Position numbers and translations under genes: made by a program
Shown here: one piece after another, positions 21,101-29,721 of the stretch
How the letters are laid out: the number at the start of each line of letters is the position of its first letter
Position numbering within the stretch: position 1 is the first letter of the stretch
The notes under the pieces: generated by a model
Databases searched by the model: none
What the model was told of the DNA's origin: nothing
Seen by the model: the letters and a program-made list of their open reading frames with translations, nothing else
Assembly: GCA_963922515.1 (NCBI GenBank)
Contig: CAWUIW010000001.1
Location: forward strand, 1-53,608
Length of the DNA stretch: 53,608 nucleotides
Direction of reading: 5' to 3'
From: an uncultured Rhodobacterales bacterium
GTDB lineage: Bacteria; Pseudomonadota; Alphaproteobacteria; Rhodobacterales; Rhodobacteraceae

Positions 21101-21439
21101 TCATGGGGCAGCGTCCGCCATGGCGTCATCAAGGCAGGGAAACAGCCGAAACACAGTGTCCATTCTGGTCAGGCGGAAGACCTTGTCGACCGTTGGGGTC
21201 AGCCCGACCAAGTCAAGTCGTCGGCCGTCGCCCAACTGCTTCATGGCCGCTACGATCGCGCCCAGCCCGCTCGAATCCACGAAATCGACGGCGGACATGT
21301 CCAGAATGACTCGCGTCGCACCTGAATCTATTTCGGCGCGCATGTCATCTTTGAATTTGATGGCGATCGCGGCGTCGATGCGGTTGCCATCCACCGTGAT
21401 CACCTGTGCGTCATTCACAATGCGGCTTTCAAGGCTCAT
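21101..21439 (-). CDS. STAS-domain anti-sigma-factor antagonist (RsbV/SpoIIAA-like)
   Basis: Contains ILDMSAVDFVDSSGLGAIV, with the conserved phosphorylatable serine context DSSG. The ATG at 21439 is preceded by GGAG. Confidence 0.8.
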   Translation of the reverse strand: MSLESRIVNDAQVITVDGNRIDAAIAIKFKDDMRAEIDSGATRVILDMSAVDFVDSSGLGAIVAAMKQLGDGRRLDLVGLTPTVDKVFRLTRMDTVFRLFPCLDDAMADAAP

Positions 21440-21530
21440 GGCGTACTCCGAAGAAACAGAAATCAACCAGAGGCTAGACGCCAATCCTTACCATTCGGTA
21501 TGCGTATCCCGAAACATCAGGGGGACTCAG

Positions 21531-22700
21531 ATGAAGGACGTTGTTATTGCAGGCGCCGCGCGCACGGCCATGGGCGGTTTTCAAGGTGTCTTTGATGGTG
21601 TTTCTGCATCCGAGTTGGGGGGCACGGCACTGCGCGCTGCCATGACAGGGGCTGGTGTCGCAACGGTTGACGAGCTGCTGATGGGGTGTGTGCTGCCCGC
21701 CGGCCAGGGTCAAGCGCCAGCGCGGCAAGCTGGTTTTGCTGCGGGATTGGGCGAGGATGTTCCTGCTACCACGCTGAACAAGATGTGTGGATCCGGGATG
21801 AAGGCGGCCATGATAGGCTTTGATCAAATCGCGCTTGGCGACCGGCAGGTTATGGCCGTCGGCGGGATGGAAAGCATGAGCAATGCGCCTTACTTGCTGC
21901 CCAAGATGCGCGGTGGCGCCCGCATCGGCCATGGTCAGGTGATTGATCACATGTTCCTTGATGGGCTTGAAGACGCCTATGACAAAGGGCGGTTGATGGG
22001 CACATTTGCCGAAGACTGTGCCGAGACGTACCAGTTCACGCGCGAGGCGCAGGATGATTATGCGCTGACATCTTTGTCGAATGCGCTTTCCGCCCATGAA
22101 AGCGGGGCTTTTGATGCGGAAGTTGCGGCGCATCGCGTTGTGACGCGCAAGGGTGAAACGGTCATATCGGTGGATGAACAGCCGCAATCGGCACGTCCCG
22201 AAAAAATTCCGACTTTGAGACCGGCTTTTCGCAAGGATGGCACGGTCACGGCTGCGAATAGCTCTTCGATCTCTGATGGGGCGGCCGCGCTGGTTCTGGC
22301 GTCCTCAGATGCGGCAAAGGCCAGCGGACTAACCATACGTGCAAGGATCGCGGGACACGCCAGTCACGCACAGGCACCGAGTTTGTTTACAACTGCGCCC
22401 GTTCCCGCCGCGCAAAAGCTGCTAAAGAAGATTGGATGGTCCGTGGATGATGTGGACCTTTGGGAAGTGAATGAAGCATTCGCGGTCGTGCCTATGGCAT
22501 TCATGCAGGAAATGGGCTTGTCGCGAGACGTTGTAAACGTGAACGGCGGCGCGTGCGCTTTGGGCCATCCCATCGGTGCATCCGGTGCACGTATAATGGT
22601 CACACTGCTGCACGCTTTGGAAAAACGTGACCTAAAGCGCGGCGTTGCCGCCATCTGCATTGGCGGCGGCGAAGGGACTGCAATCGCGATCGAGCGTTAG
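21531..22700 (+). CDS. Acetyl-CoA C-acetyltransferase (thiolase II)
   Basis: Begins MKDVVIAGAARTAMGGFQG and contains NKMCGSGMKA (active Cys), NGGACALGHPIGASG and CIGGGEGTA. Confidence 0.92.
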   Translation: MKDVVIAGAARTAMGGFQGVFDGVSASELGGTALRAAMTGAGVATVDELLMGCVLPAGQGQAPARQAGFAAGLGEDVPATTLNKMCGSGMKAAMIGFDQIALGDRQVMAVGGMESMSNAPYLLPKMRGGARIGHGQVIDHMFLDGLEDAYDKGRLMGTFAEDCAETYQFTREAQDDYALTSLSNALSAHESGAFDAEVAAHRVVTRKGETVISVDEQPQSARPEKIPTLRPAFRKDGTVTAANSSSISDGAAALVLASSDAAKASGLTIRARIAGHASHAQAPSLFTTAPVPAAQKLLKKIGWSVDDVDLWEVNEAFAVVPMAFMQEMGLSRDVVNVNGGACALGHPIGASGARIMVTLLHALEKRDLKRGVAAICIGGGEGTAIAIER

Positions 22701-22753
22701 CCGGGCGCGCCACGCCAGACCCAATGAATGTGCAAACCGAAAGGCGCAGGTGA

Positions 22754-23206
22754 ATGGCGGACTACAAAATGCTGTCGCAAACCATTGATGCACTGACCGT
22801 GGGGGAAACTGACACGGTTGCGCTTATGGCGACCGTTGCCTGCGAAGTTCATCACGCCGACGACAGGTTCGATTGGACAGGTTTTTACAGGGTGACCGAA
22901 CCGGGGCTGCTGAAGATCGGGCCGTACCAAGGGGGGCATGGCTGTTTGTCGATCCCGTTCGAACGAGGTGTCTGTGGGGCAGCAGCACGAACAGGACAGG
23001 TGCAGCTGGTTCCAGACGTTAACGCGTTTGAAGGGCACATTGCTTGCGCGACCACAACGCAATCGGAACTTGTCATACCCGTGCGCGACGGCGCTGGATC
23101 GCTGATCGGTGTGTTCGATATAGATAGCGATCTGCCTGATGCTTTTGACGCGCAAGATGCGTTGGAATTGGATCGCATTTTGACGCGCGTTTTCAGTCAA
23201 ATTTGA
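22754..23206 (+). CDS. GAF-domain protein (free methionine-R-sulfoxide reductase MsrC/YebR-like)
   Basis: Contains WTGFYRV...GPYQGGHGCLSIPFERGVCGAAA...SELVIPV. Confidence 0.8.
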   Translation: MADYKMLSQTIDALTVGETDTVALMATVACEVHHADDRFDWTGFYRVTEPGLLKIGPYQGGHGCLSIPFERGVCGAAARTGQVQLVPDVNAFEGHIACATTTQSELVIPVRDGAGSLIGVFDIDSDLPDAFDAQDALELDRILTRVFSQI

Positions 23207-23213
23207 ACGGTGT

Positions 23214-23277
23214 GTGAAAAAACGCTTTGAATTTTCACCGACTCAAGGCACCGTGAAAATAACGGTAGATTTTTCAC
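23214..23277. promoter_or_regulatory. Two copies of the 25-bp palindrome GTGAAAA-N11-TTTTCAC (candidate operator)
   Basis: GTGAAAA at 23214-23220 and 23253-23259; TTTTCAC at 23232-23238 and 23271-23277. The element ends 7 nt before the ATG of the XRE-cupin regulator. Confidence 0.45.
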
Positions 23278-23283
23278 GGCCTC

Positions 23284-23856
23284 ATGAACACGCATCATCC
23301 CTACACATCTGGTTCGCTTGGCGCTGACCTGCGCGCGCTTCGAAAATCGCGTGGTTTTACGCTGGCAGATTTGGCCGACAAGCTGAATCGCTCGGTGGGG
23401 TGGCTCAGCCAGGTAGAGCGGGACCTGTCAGAACCGTCGGTCACAGATCTTCGCTATATTGCCGCGGCGCTGGATGTTTCGGTTTCAATGTTGTTTGGGC
23501 AGGCCCCCGCGCCGGCAGATGAGGCGGGTTATGTCGTACGTCAGGGCGCGCGTCGTCCGATTGGTTCAGATGCGGCGGGTCTGGTCGAAGAATTGTTGTC
23601 GCCCGACCTGACAGATGATTTTGAAATGGTGCACTCCACCTTCGAGCCGCACAGCGAAATCGTTGATCTGGTGACACGCCCCACCCAAGAGGTCGGCTAC
23701 CTCGTATCAGGGCAGCTGGAGCTTGAAATTGGGTCGCGCAGTTTCACGATCGGGCCGGGTGATAGCTTTCGCATCCGCGGCGAACCGTTTCGTTGGCGCA
23801 ACCCCTACAGTAAACCGGCAGTGGCGATCTGGGTGATCGCGCCGCCCGTGTATTGA
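23284..23856 (+). CDS. XRE-family HTH regulator with a C-terminal cupin domain
   Basis: HTH_3-like LRALRKSRGFTLADLADKLNRSVGWLSQVERD, followed by a cupin-like C-terminal part (GYLVSGQLELEIG...GPGDSFRI). Confidence 0.85.
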   Translation: MNTHHPYTSGSLGADLRALRKSRGFTLADLADKLNRSVGWLSQVERDLSEPSVTDLRYIAAALDVSVSMLFGQAPAPADEAGYVVRQGARRPIGSDAAGLVEELLSPDLTDDFEMVHSTFEPHSEIVDLVTRPTQEVGYLVSGQLELEIGSRSFTIGPGDSFRIRGEPFRWRNPYSKPAVAIWVIAPPVY

Positions 23857-23863
23857 GGCGTGC

Positions 23864-24487
23864 ATGAGTTTCGAAGCGTGGTCCGTGTTTGCCGTGTTTT
23901 GGCTGGTGTTTGTTACGACCCCGGGACCCAACGCCGTGAATTGCATTCAAAACGGCATGCAATTCGGATTTGTGCGCAGCTTGCCTGGCGTTCTGGCGAT
24001 ACTGACCCAAGCCACTGCTTTCCTGATCCTGTCCGCGCTGGGCATCACGGCCCTTATCGCAGCGTCACCAACGGCATTCTTCAGCGCCAAACTGGTTGGC
24101 GCGGGCTTCCTTATCTGGTTGGGCGTCCGAGGATGGATGAATGCCAAACGGCCTGTACAGATTGACACACATTCAGCACGGGGCATGTACGCCAAGGCTT
24201 TGGCGGTTGCGACCATCAACCCGAAATCGGTTGCGGGCCACTTGGCAGCTTTCAGTCAATTCGTACAACCGGACGTACCGATCTGGGACCAGATGTGGGT
24301 GATCATGCCCACAGCCCTGACACTGACCACGCTGAGTTATTGCGGGTTCACCGCACTGGGCGCGGGTCTGGGCCGGACTGCCCTGGCGGCTGTATTGAAC
24401 ATTTGGCTTCGACGCGGATTGGCAGTTTGTTTCGTGATCTACGGCGTCTTGCTTGGGGCTGCGACGCCGACGAGGGTCGGCTCATGA
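23864..24487 (+). CDS. LysE/RhtB-family amino-acid or metabolite exporter
   Basis: 207 aa, multi-TM. The N-terminal WLVFVTTPGPNAV is the typical LysE signature. Confidence 0.85.
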   Translation: MSFEAWSVFAVFWLVFVTTPGPNAVNCIQNGMQFGFVRSLPGVLAILTQATAFLILSALGITALIAASPTAFFSAKLVGAGFLIWLGVRGWMNAKRPVQIDTHSARGMYAKALAVATINPKSVAGHLAAFSQFVQPDVPIWDQMWVIMPTALTLTTLSYCGFTALGAGLGRTALAAVLNIWLRRGLAVCFVIYGVLLGAATPTRVGS

Positions 24488-24870
24488 GCTTTCTCGCGTG
24501 GCTTTTGACTGTAAAGGTTGGCGTCACGTTCGTGGCCATCGTGGTCCCGTTTCTTGTGCTGCCTGCCGAGACGCTGGAGCGATTGCTGGGCGCCGGCGTG
24601 TCAACGGCGATGGCGCGGCTTTACGCCATTGCCATTCTGGCCTTGCTTGTCGCCTATGGTTCTGGCCTGAACGCGGCACTTTCCGGCACCTTTCCTTCTG
24701 GTATCGTGTGGACGGGGCTTGTTTCCAATGTCGGTGCCGCAGCCGTCATTATGCGCCACCTAAGGGGCTTGCCGCGCATCGTATCGGGGGCGTTCTTTGG
24801 CGCGATCGGCATCGGCTTTGTCGCCGTGCGTCTCTTTCCAACCTGTTTGAGCGGGGGTGGGGCATGCTGA
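24484..24870 (+). CDS. Small hypothetical membrane protein (about 4 TM)
   Basis: The ATG at 24484 overlaps the LysE stop (ATGA). Hydrophobic segments include VGVTFVAIVVPFLVL, LYAIAILALLVAY, GIVWTGLVSNVGAAAVI and GAFFGAIGIGFVAV. I did not recognise any family. Confidence 0.55.
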   Translation: MSFLAWLLTVKVGVTFVAIVVPFLVLPAETLERLLGAGVSTAMARLYAIAILALLVAYGSGLNAALSGTFPSGIVWTGLVSNVGAAAVIMRHLRGLPRIVSGAFFGAIGIGFVAVRLFPTCLSGGGAC

Positions 24871-25244
24871 CGGGGCGGTGCTTGTGCGGTGGTGTTGCGT
24901 TTCAAATCACGGGCCACTTGGCACCGGGCTCAATCTGTCATTGCGGGCAGTGCCGTCGGCAAGGCGGGCATACGTGGGCGTCGACCCATATCCCGGAGGC
25001 AGCACTTGTGTTCACCGCAAAGGATACGTTGACTTGGTACGAGGCGACGCCGGGTATTCGGCGCGGCTTCTGCGGTCGATGCGGGTCTTTTCTGTTCTGG
25101 AACCCAGAGGATGAAGACAAGATTTCGGTATCCATGGGGGCGCTGGATCCGCCTACGGGTGGTCACATCGCCAAGCACATCTTTACCGCGCACAAAGGCG
25201 ATTACTATGACATCGACGGCGCATTGCCACAGGTGGAGAATTGA
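24864..25244 (+). CDS. GFA-family (glutathione-dependent formaldehyde-activating / CENP-V-like) protein
   Basis: Contains MLTGRCLCGGVAF...CHCGQCRRQGG...FCGRCGSFLFW, the cysteine zinc ligands. The start overlaps the previous gene by 7 nt. Confidence 0.85.
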   Translation: MLTGRCLCGGVAFQITGHLAPGSICHCGQCRRQGGHTWASTHIPEAALVFTAKDTLTWYEATPGIRRGFCGRCGSFLFWNPEDEDKISVSMGALDPPTGGHIAKHIFTAHKGDYYDIDGALPQVEN

Positions 25245-25246
25245 CG

Positions 25247-25870
25247 ATGCTTGAAACGGCTTTGGCCATGGACCCATGGTTGGTCGCCGCATTTATGGGG
25301 GCGGCCTTTCTGCTGTATCTCACGCCAGGCGCGGACATGATGTTCACGATCGCCTCTGGTGTTGCGGGCGGTCCGCGGGCGGGGTTTTCGGCAGCGTGCG
25401 GGATCAGTCTTGGGGTATTGACACATGTAGCCGCGGCCGCTGCGGGCTTAGCTGTCTTGGTCGCAGCTTCACCCGCCATGCTGGACATCATCCGCTATGT
25501 CGGCGCCGCCTATCTTTTGTGGCTGGCATGGCACAGCTGGTGCGATGACGGTTTCGTAGCCAAACGCGAAGGGCGTGCGGATGTCTGGCGCGCATTCCGC
25601 CGCGGCTATGTCACCAACATCCTCAACCCCAAAGTGGCGCTTTTCATCCTCGCCTTCTTGCCACAATTCACAGACCCCGCCATTGGCCCCATTTGGCATC
25701 AAATCCTGATTCTGGGCGTCTTGTTGGCCATCGGGGGTACGATCACTGACGGTGCATACGGTATCTTCGCCGGTCTTCTGGCCGACCGCGTTCGCAAGAG
25801 TGCACAGGCGATGAACCGCATCGCCGCACTCGTCTTTGGCGGGCTCGCTGCCCGTCTTGTCATCAATTGA
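25247..25870 (+). CDS. LysE-family exporter (second copy)
   Basis: Contains LYLTPGADMMF...NILNPKVALFILAFLPQF. Confidence 0.85.
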   Translation: MLETALAMDPWLVAAFMGAAFLLYLTPGADMMFTIASGVAGGPRAGFSAACGISLGVLTHVAAAAAGLAVLVAASPAMLDIIRYVGAAYLLWLAWHSWCDDGFVAKREGRADVWRAFRRGYVTNILNPKVALFILAFLPQFTDPAIGPIWHQILILGVLLAIGGTITDGAYGIFAGLLADRVRKSAQAMNRIAALVFGGLAARLVIN

Positions 25871-25883
25871 GGGAGCCAAGACC

Positions 25884-28328
25884 ATGAGTGACTTTCCAAC
25901 AACCGCCCGCGTGGTCATCATCGGAGGTGGCGTCGTCGGCGCGTCCAGCCTGTATCACCTCGCGAAAATGGGCTGGACCGATTGCGTTCTGCTCGAGAAG
26001 AACGAATTGACCGCTGGGTCGACATGGCACGCCGCGGGCAATTGCCCGTCTTTCAGCACTTCATGGGCCGTGATGAACATGCAGCGTTACTCTCTGTCGC
26101 TCTACGCGGGCTTGGCAGAGGAAGTCGACTACCCGATGAACTACCATGTGACGGGATCGATCCGGCTGGCCCATTCGAAAGAGCGGATGCAGGAATTTGA
26201 ACGGGCCCGGTCGATGGGTCAGTACCAAGGCATGGCGCTAGAAATGATGTCGAACGCCGACATGAAAGCGGCCTATCCATTCCTGGAAACTCATGACTTG
26301 CAAGGCGGGCTCTGGGATCCAGATGATGGTGATATCGACCCGGCACAATTGACCCAAGCGCTGGCCAAGGGCGCCCGCAACATGGGCGCGCAAATCCATC
26401 GCTTCACGCCCGCGACTGGCGTGTCCCGCGATGGCGACGAATGGATTATTCACACCGACAAGGGCAACATTCGATGTGAATTCGTGGTAAACGCTGCGGG
26501 CTACTACGCACAGCGCGTGGGCGAATGGTTCAAACCCTATGGCGGGCGCACCGTACCCATGGCGGTGATGAGCCACCAATACTTCCTGACAGAAGAAATC
26601 CCGGCCCTGAAGGAATGGACCGAAGCCAACGGCCGTAAGGTGCCGCTGCTGCGTGACGTCGATAGCTCGTACTACCTCAGGCAGGATAAAAACGGCCTGA
26701 ACCTCGGTCCGTATGAGCGGAACTGTAAAGCGCATTGGATCACCCCGGACGACCCGATGCCGGAGGATTTCTCGTTCCAGCTCTATCCCGACGATTTGGA
26801 GCGCTTGGAATGGTATATCGAGGACGCCATGGCGCGTGTTCCGATCCTTGGCGAGGGCGGCGTGGGTCGCAACATCAACGGCCCGATCCCGTACGCGCCC
26901 GATGGGCTGCCGCTGATCGGCCCGATGCCAGGTGTCAAGAACGCGTTCGAGGCGTGTGTGTTTACCTTTGGTATCACCCAAGGCGGTGGCGCTGGTAAGG
27001 TGCTGGCTGAATGGATCGTCGAAGGTCAGACCGAATGGGACATGTGGGCGGTCGATCCGCGCCGGTACACCGACTACACGGACCAGGACTATTGCAACAA
27101 GAAGGCGATGGAAGTTTATGGCCACGAGTACGCCATGCATTTCCCTCAACACGAATGGCCCGCCGCACGGAACAAAAAGCTGTCGCCGGTTCACGACAAG
27201 ATCGTCGAATTGGGCGGTGTCATGGGCGCCTACAACGGATGGGAGCGGGCCAACTGGTTCGCGAAACCGGGCGACGACACCAGCGAAGAAAGCACGCATA
27301 CATGGGATCGTTCGGGGCCATGGCAACAGCGGATCAAGGAAGAATGTGAAGCTGTCCGTGATCATTGCGGCGTCCTTGATTTGCCCGGGTTCTCGCGCTT
27401 TTTGGTCAAGGGCGACGGTGCGGCCGAGGCCCTTCGCAGCCTTGTGACCGGCGGATTGCCGAAAGTCGGGCGGATGAACCTCGTTTACATTTCGGATCCT
27501 CGCGGGCGCATCCTGACCGAGATGTCCTGCATCCGCCTTGAAGAGAATTCGTTTCTCATGATCACTGCGGCCACGGCACAATGGCACGATCGGGATCTTC
27601 TGATGAACGCACTGCCCAAGAGCGTTGTCGTCGAAGACGTGACTTTGACACGGGATACCTTGATCGTGACCGGGCCAAAGGCGCGCGATGTGCTTTCTGG
27701 TTTGACGGACGCAGATCTTTCCCTGGGTTGGCTGACCCACCAAAGCGCCACTGTCGCCGGGCAGCCGGCCTTTCTGGTGCGTGTTTCCTTTGCGGGCGAA
27801 CTGGGCTGGGAAGTACATGCCCTAAACGAGCATGTGCCGGCGATCTATGCCGCGATCCTTGATGCCGGTGCGATGCCGTTCGGTATGTACGCGCTCAACG
27901 CACTACGCATGGAAAAAGGCTACCGGACGTGGAAGGGCGATTTATCGACCGACTACACGTTGTTCGAAGGTGGGCTGGATCGCTTTGTCAGGCTCGACAA
28001 GCCGCAGGACTTTCCCGGAAAGGCCGCACTGCTCAACGAAAAACAGCAGGGCAGCAAGAAAAGGTTTGTCACGCTTACAGTGGATGCCGGTGACGCAGAT
28101 GCGCCCTACATGTCCACCATCTGGCACAACGGCGAAGTCGTGGGGGAAACCACCTCTGGTGCGTGGGGATACCGGGTCAATAAATCCATCGCGCTGGGCA
28201 TGATCCGCACGGATCTCGCCAATCCAGGAACCGAGATCGAGGTTGAAATTTTTGGGGAGCGACGGAAAGCCGCGATCCAGCCTGATCAACCTTTGTGGGA
28301 CCCCGAAAACGAACGCTTGCGTGCCTGA
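25884..28328 (+). CDS. FAD-dependent oxidoreductase fused to a GcvT-type folate-binding domain (dimethylglycine/sarcosine dehydrogenase family), paralogue 1
   Basis: VVIIGGGVVGASSLYHLAK dinucleotide fold, LTAGSTWHAAGNCPSF, and a C-terminal aminomethyltransferase-like region (FAGELGWEVH, YALNALRMEKGY). The ATG at 25884 is preceded by GAGGGA. Confidence 0.9.
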   Translation: MSDFPTTARVVIIGGGVVGASSLYHLAKMGWTDCVLLEKNELTAGSTWHAAGNCPSFSTSWAVMNMQRYSLSLYAGLAEEVDYPMNYHVTGSIRLAHSKERMQEFERARSMGQYQGMALEMMSNADMKAAYPFLETHDLQGGLWDPDDGDIDPAQLTQALAKGARNMGAQIHRFTPATGVSRDGDEWIIHTDKGNIRCEFVVNAAGYYAQRVGEWFKPYGGRTVPMAVMSHQYFLTEEIPALKEWTEANGRKVPLLRDVDSSYYLRQDKNGLNLGPYERNCKAHWITPDDPMPEDFSFQLYPDDLERLEWYIEDAMARVPILGEGGVGRNINGPIPYAPDGLPLIGPMPGVKNAFEACVFTFGITQGGGAGKVLAEWIVEGQTEWDMWAVDPRRYTDYTDQDYCNKKAMEVYGHEYAMHFPQHEWPAARNKKLSPVHDKIVELGGVMGAYNGWERANWFAKPGDDTSEESTHTWDRSGPWQQRIKEECEAVRDHCGVLDLPGFSRFLVKGDGAAEALRSLVTGGLPKVGRMNLVYISDPRGRILTEMSCIRLEENSFLMITAATAQWHDRDLLMNALPKSVVVEDVTLTRDTLIVTGPKARDVLSGLTDADLSLGWLTHQSATVAGQPAFLVRVSFAGELGWEVHALNEHVPAIYAAILDAGAMPFGMYALNALRMEKGYRTWKGDLSTDYTLFEGGLDRFVRLDKPQDFPGKAALLNEKQQGSKKRFVTLTVDAGDADAPYMSTIWHNGEVVGETTSGAWGYRVNKSIALGMIRTDLANPGTEIEVEIFGERRKAAIQPDQPLWDPENERLRA

Positions 28329-28342
28329 GGGATATCACAGGA

Positions 28343-28819
28343 ATGACCCGCCGCTATACCATGCATCGCCCCGGTGACGGGGCGAATTACGACTGGGAAA
28401 ATGACCACACCTTCGTCAAGGTCGGTGCCGCCGACACAGGGGGCGCGTACACATTGATGGAAGACAATCTCAAGGCCACCTTTGCCTTGGGGCTCCATCG
28501 CCACGATACGCATGCCGAAACCTTTTATTTTCTCGAGGGTGCGGTCGATTTCTATGTGGACGGCGATTGGCATCGCTGTACCGCAGGAACAACCATCCAC
28601 GTGCCACCGGGTGTGCCGCATGCCTGCAAGGTCGCCGATGATGCGCCTGCCAAAATGCTGATGATTTATCAGCCGTCCGGCTTTGACGAGTTTCTTGCCG
28701 AAATGGCGCAGATGACAGCCGAGGATTTCGCGGACAACGCCAAGATGTCTGCGCTCAACGAGAAATACGACATCGTGCCGATGGGCCCGGTGCCGGAACA
28801 TGCAGACGACAAATCATGA
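28343..28819 (+). CDS. Cupin-domain protein of unknown function
   Basis: Cupin motif 1 GLHRHDTHAETFYFLEG and motif 2 GTTIHVPPGVPHACKV. 158 aa. Confidence 0.75.
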   Translation: MTRRYTMHRPGDGANYDWENDHTFVKVGAADTGGAYTLMEDNLKATFALGLHRHDTHAETFYFLEGAVDFYVDGDWHRCTAGTTIHVPPGVPHACKVADDAPAKMLMIYQPSGFDEFLAEMAQMTAEDFADNAKMSALNEKYDIVPMGPVPEHADDKS

Positions 28820-29712
28820 CCGACATCACGCTACTGGACGGCTCCATCGGCCAAGAACTTGTGAAACGCGCACCACAAGCGCCTACCCCCCTTTGGTCGA
28901 CGCAAGTGATGCTTGATCACCCCGAGCTCGTGCGAGACGTGCACCGAATCTATTTCGAGACCGACGCTACGATCGCCACCGCGAACAGCTATCCCTTGTT
29001 GCGCAACCGCCTGACCAACAACGGCATCGCAGACCAGTTCGAGGCCTTGCACAAAGCCGCGCTCAGGATCGCGATAGATGCACGCGATGCACATGGATCG
29101 GGCCGGGTCGCCACGGCCTTGGGTCCGCTAGGGGCGTCTTATCGACCCGATCTGGCGCCGGTGCCCAAAGACGCCGCGCGGGAATATGCAGAGATCGTCG
29201 CGCTGCACGAGGCAGAAACGGATCTGTTTCTCATTGAGACGGTGTCTGGTTTGCGTGCAGCCGAGGGGGCCTTGATGGGCACCGTGCGCACGCGCCAACC
29301 GGTCTGGCTTTGCCTTTCCACACAGGATGGCGACGGGCATTTGTTGCGGTCTGGCGAACCCTTGGCTGACGTCGCGCCGCTGGTCGATCAATACGCGCCT
29401 GACGCCGTCCTCGTGAATTGTACGACGCCGGAAGCGACGTCAAAAAGCCTCGATATTGTCAAGGGATTCAATAAACCCTTCGGAGCCTACGCCAATGGAT
29501 TCACGAAAATCGCGGATGACTTCAAGGTCGTCAACCAGGTGGTTGATGCGCTGACTGCGCGCGCGGATCTGACACCGACGGCGTATGCGGATTTTGCTAT
29601 GGGCTGGATTGCGCAAGGCGCCACGATTGTGGGCGGCTGCTGCGAGGTTGGCCCCGATCACATCACCGAAATTGCCCGCCGCTTGCGCGACGCGGGCCAC
29701 ACCATCGTCTGA
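28816..29712 (+). CDS. Homocysteine S-methyltransferase family protein (betaine-homocysteine-methyltransferase-like by context)
   Basis: Begins LLDGSIGQEL, contains LVNCTTPE and the GGCCEVGPDHI zinc-cysteine motif. The start overlaps the cupin stop (ATGA). Confidence 0.85.
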   Translation: MTDITLLDGSIGQELVKRAPQAPTPLWSTQVMLDHPELVRDVHRIYFETDATIATANSYPLLRNRLTNNGIADQFEALHKAALRIAIDARDAHGSGRVATALGPLGASYRPDLAPVPKDAAREYAEIVALHEAETDLFLIETVSGLRAAEGALMGTVRTRQPVWLCLSTQDGDGHLLRSGEPLADVAPLVDQYAPDAVLVNCTTPEATSKSLDIVKGFNKPFGAYANGFTKIADDFKVVNQVVDALTARADLTPTAYADFAMGWIAQGATIVGGCCEVGPDHITEIARRLRDAGHTIV

Positions 29713-29721
29713 GGTACTCTT

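Noticed and set aside
20868-21530. 5-prime extension of the thiolase ORF (the track gives 610 aa)
   Set aside because: The extension runs antisense through the STAS and kinase genes. The canonical thiolase N-terminus MKDVVIAGAARTAMGG starts at 21531 and has an upstream GGGGA RBS.
26238-27818. 526-aa minus-strand ORF inside the first FAD-GcvT dehydrogenase gene
   Set aside because: It is antisense to a CDS with clear family motifs, and its translation has no recognisable domain. High-GC genomes commonly carry long open antisense frames.
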